Positions 7,702 through 8,293 of a stretch of 8,293 nucleotides of DNA are shown one piece after another. The stretch is from the NCBI GenBank assembly GCA_000004985.1, contig GG739075.1, one strand, 5' to 3'. The position numbers were made by a program, and so were the translations under genes. Under the pieces are notes generated by a model. It did no database searches and was not told where the DNA came from. It saw nothing but the letters and a program-made list of their open reading frames with translations. The stretch is from Naegleria gruberi. Its lineage: Eukaryota. Within the stretch, counting starts at the first letter, position 1. Every line of letters begins with the position of its first letter.

Positions 7702-7873
7702 TTTGTATTGAAAAGAATTCATGCAAATTGAAGAAAGTTAATGCAATTAATCCTCAACAATATTTACAAATTTATATGCAAACTGTTTCACAATCACCTT
7801 ATTCTCCAAAAGATTATTAGAGCACAATTCTAAAATTGAATAAGTTTACAATTATTTCGAATAACAATAAAAA

Positions 7874-8263
7874 ATGCCCAAACATTCCTTCACTGATTTG
7901 TTAATTGTTGCAATAAGTGATGATCATCATACTTCCGATGATGATGATGATAATGATGATGAACATGATTGTGATAAATTAATATTTAAACATTTTCAAC
8001 AAATTTCCTCTGCCAGAATTGAAAAAAACAAATCAATTTATAAGCATCTATTATTATTAGAAAACCGATTAGAAACCATTTCCACATTCATTGAAAAATA
8101 TCCATTTCCTGATAATGATTGTAAATTGGCAATTTTTAAAGCAGTGAGTAAAAATGGATTATTTCTGGAAGCAGCTTCTGCAAATTTGAGAAATGATGAG
8201 GAAATTGTAATGAGAGCTGTTAAAAAAAATGTAAATGCTATAGAGTTTGTGAGTGAAGAATGA
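7874..8263 (+). CDS. Hypothetical acidic protein with a poly-Asp tract and a C-terminal DUF4116-type repeat. The TGA stop at 8261..8263 may instead lie inside an intron, because a GTGAGT donor starts at 8249.
   Basis: The ATG at 7874 is in A-rich context (aataaaaaATGc). The 129-aa product is MPKHSFTDLLIVAISDDHHTSDDDDDNDDEHDCDK...DCKLAIFKAVSKNGLFLEAASANLRNDEEIVMRAVKKNVNAIEFVSEE*. The segment KAVSKNGLFLEAASANLRNDEEIVMRAVKKNVNAIEFVSEE matches the DUF4116 repeat consensus (AV.qNG.aL.yAs.eLknD.eiV..AVkqNg.Al.fas.e). A 130-codon open frame is significant for this composition. Confidence 0.5.
   Translation: MPKHSFTDLLIVAISDDHHTSDDDDDNDDEHDCDKLIFKHFQQISSARIEKNKSIYKHLLLLENRLETISTFIEKYPFPDNDCKLAIFKAVSKNGLFLEAASANLRNDEEIVMRAVKKNVNAIEFVSEE
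7937..7976 (+). repeat. Imperfect (GAT)n trinucleotide microsatellite, coding poly-Asp (DDDDDNDDEHDCD) inside the 7874 CDS.
   Basis: The sequence gatgatgatgatgataatgatgatgaacatgattgtgat is read directly. Confidence 0.6.
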
Positions 8264-8293
8264 GAAGTGATAGAGAATTTGGAAGAGGATGAT

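Noticed and set aside
7635-7820. 61-aa + strand ORF (MQKEPCYNRKNEDETV…)
   Set aside because: It is short, below chance-expectation length for this AT content, and has no recognisable motif. It overlaps the end of the Cys-rich frame in a different frame. It cannot be excluded as an exon, but there is no positive evidence.
1-8293. Prokaryotic, viral, CRISPR, tRNA/rRNA or transposon content
   Set aside because: There are no Shine-Dalgarno-spaced dense ORFs, no repeat-spacer array, no tRNA-like cloverleaf candidates that I could see, and no long terminal or inverted repeats. The R2 sequence is of metazoan-like eukaryotic type, and the ATG-less open frames argue for a spliced eukaryotic genome. 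A giant virus was considered, because AT-rich R2 and DUF4116 both occur in such viruses. It was rejected because gene density is low and the structures look intron-like.

Overview
This looks like a eukaryotic nuclear scaffold fragment. It is AT-rich, contains a 4,592-nt run of N (1395..5986) that is an assembly gap, and has ATG-less open frames that look like spliced exons. Only about 3.7 kb is real sequence.

The one feature I can identify with confidence is the 5' half of a ribonucleotide reductase small subunit gene (R2/RRM2 class) on the + strand, 813..1394. It shows near-perfect conservation of the metazoan-type R2 core and is cut off by the gap. It is transcribed divergently from an unidentified minus-strand gene whose start codon is at 219..221. 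The ~590-bp region they share carries a TATA box and a tandem CACGAAA/CACGAGA motif.

Downstream of the gap there are four further features:
- a 138-codon ATG-less minus-strand open frame (6251..6667) ending in a stop, most likely the terminal exon of an unannotated spliced gene;
- a strand-asymmetric purine-rich, GGAAT/GATGG-like low-complexity tract;
- a small ORF with a hydrophobic N-terminus (7263..7469), overlapped by a frame-shifted cysteine-rich, zinc-binding-like open frame;
- a + strand gene (7874..8263) encoding a poly-Asp tract followed by one clear DUF4116-type repeat, terminated right at a consensus GTGAGT donor.

I see nothing prokaryotic, no CRISPR and no obvious transposon. The long ORFs that span the N run are artefacts of translating N. 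The organism cannot be determined from this window.
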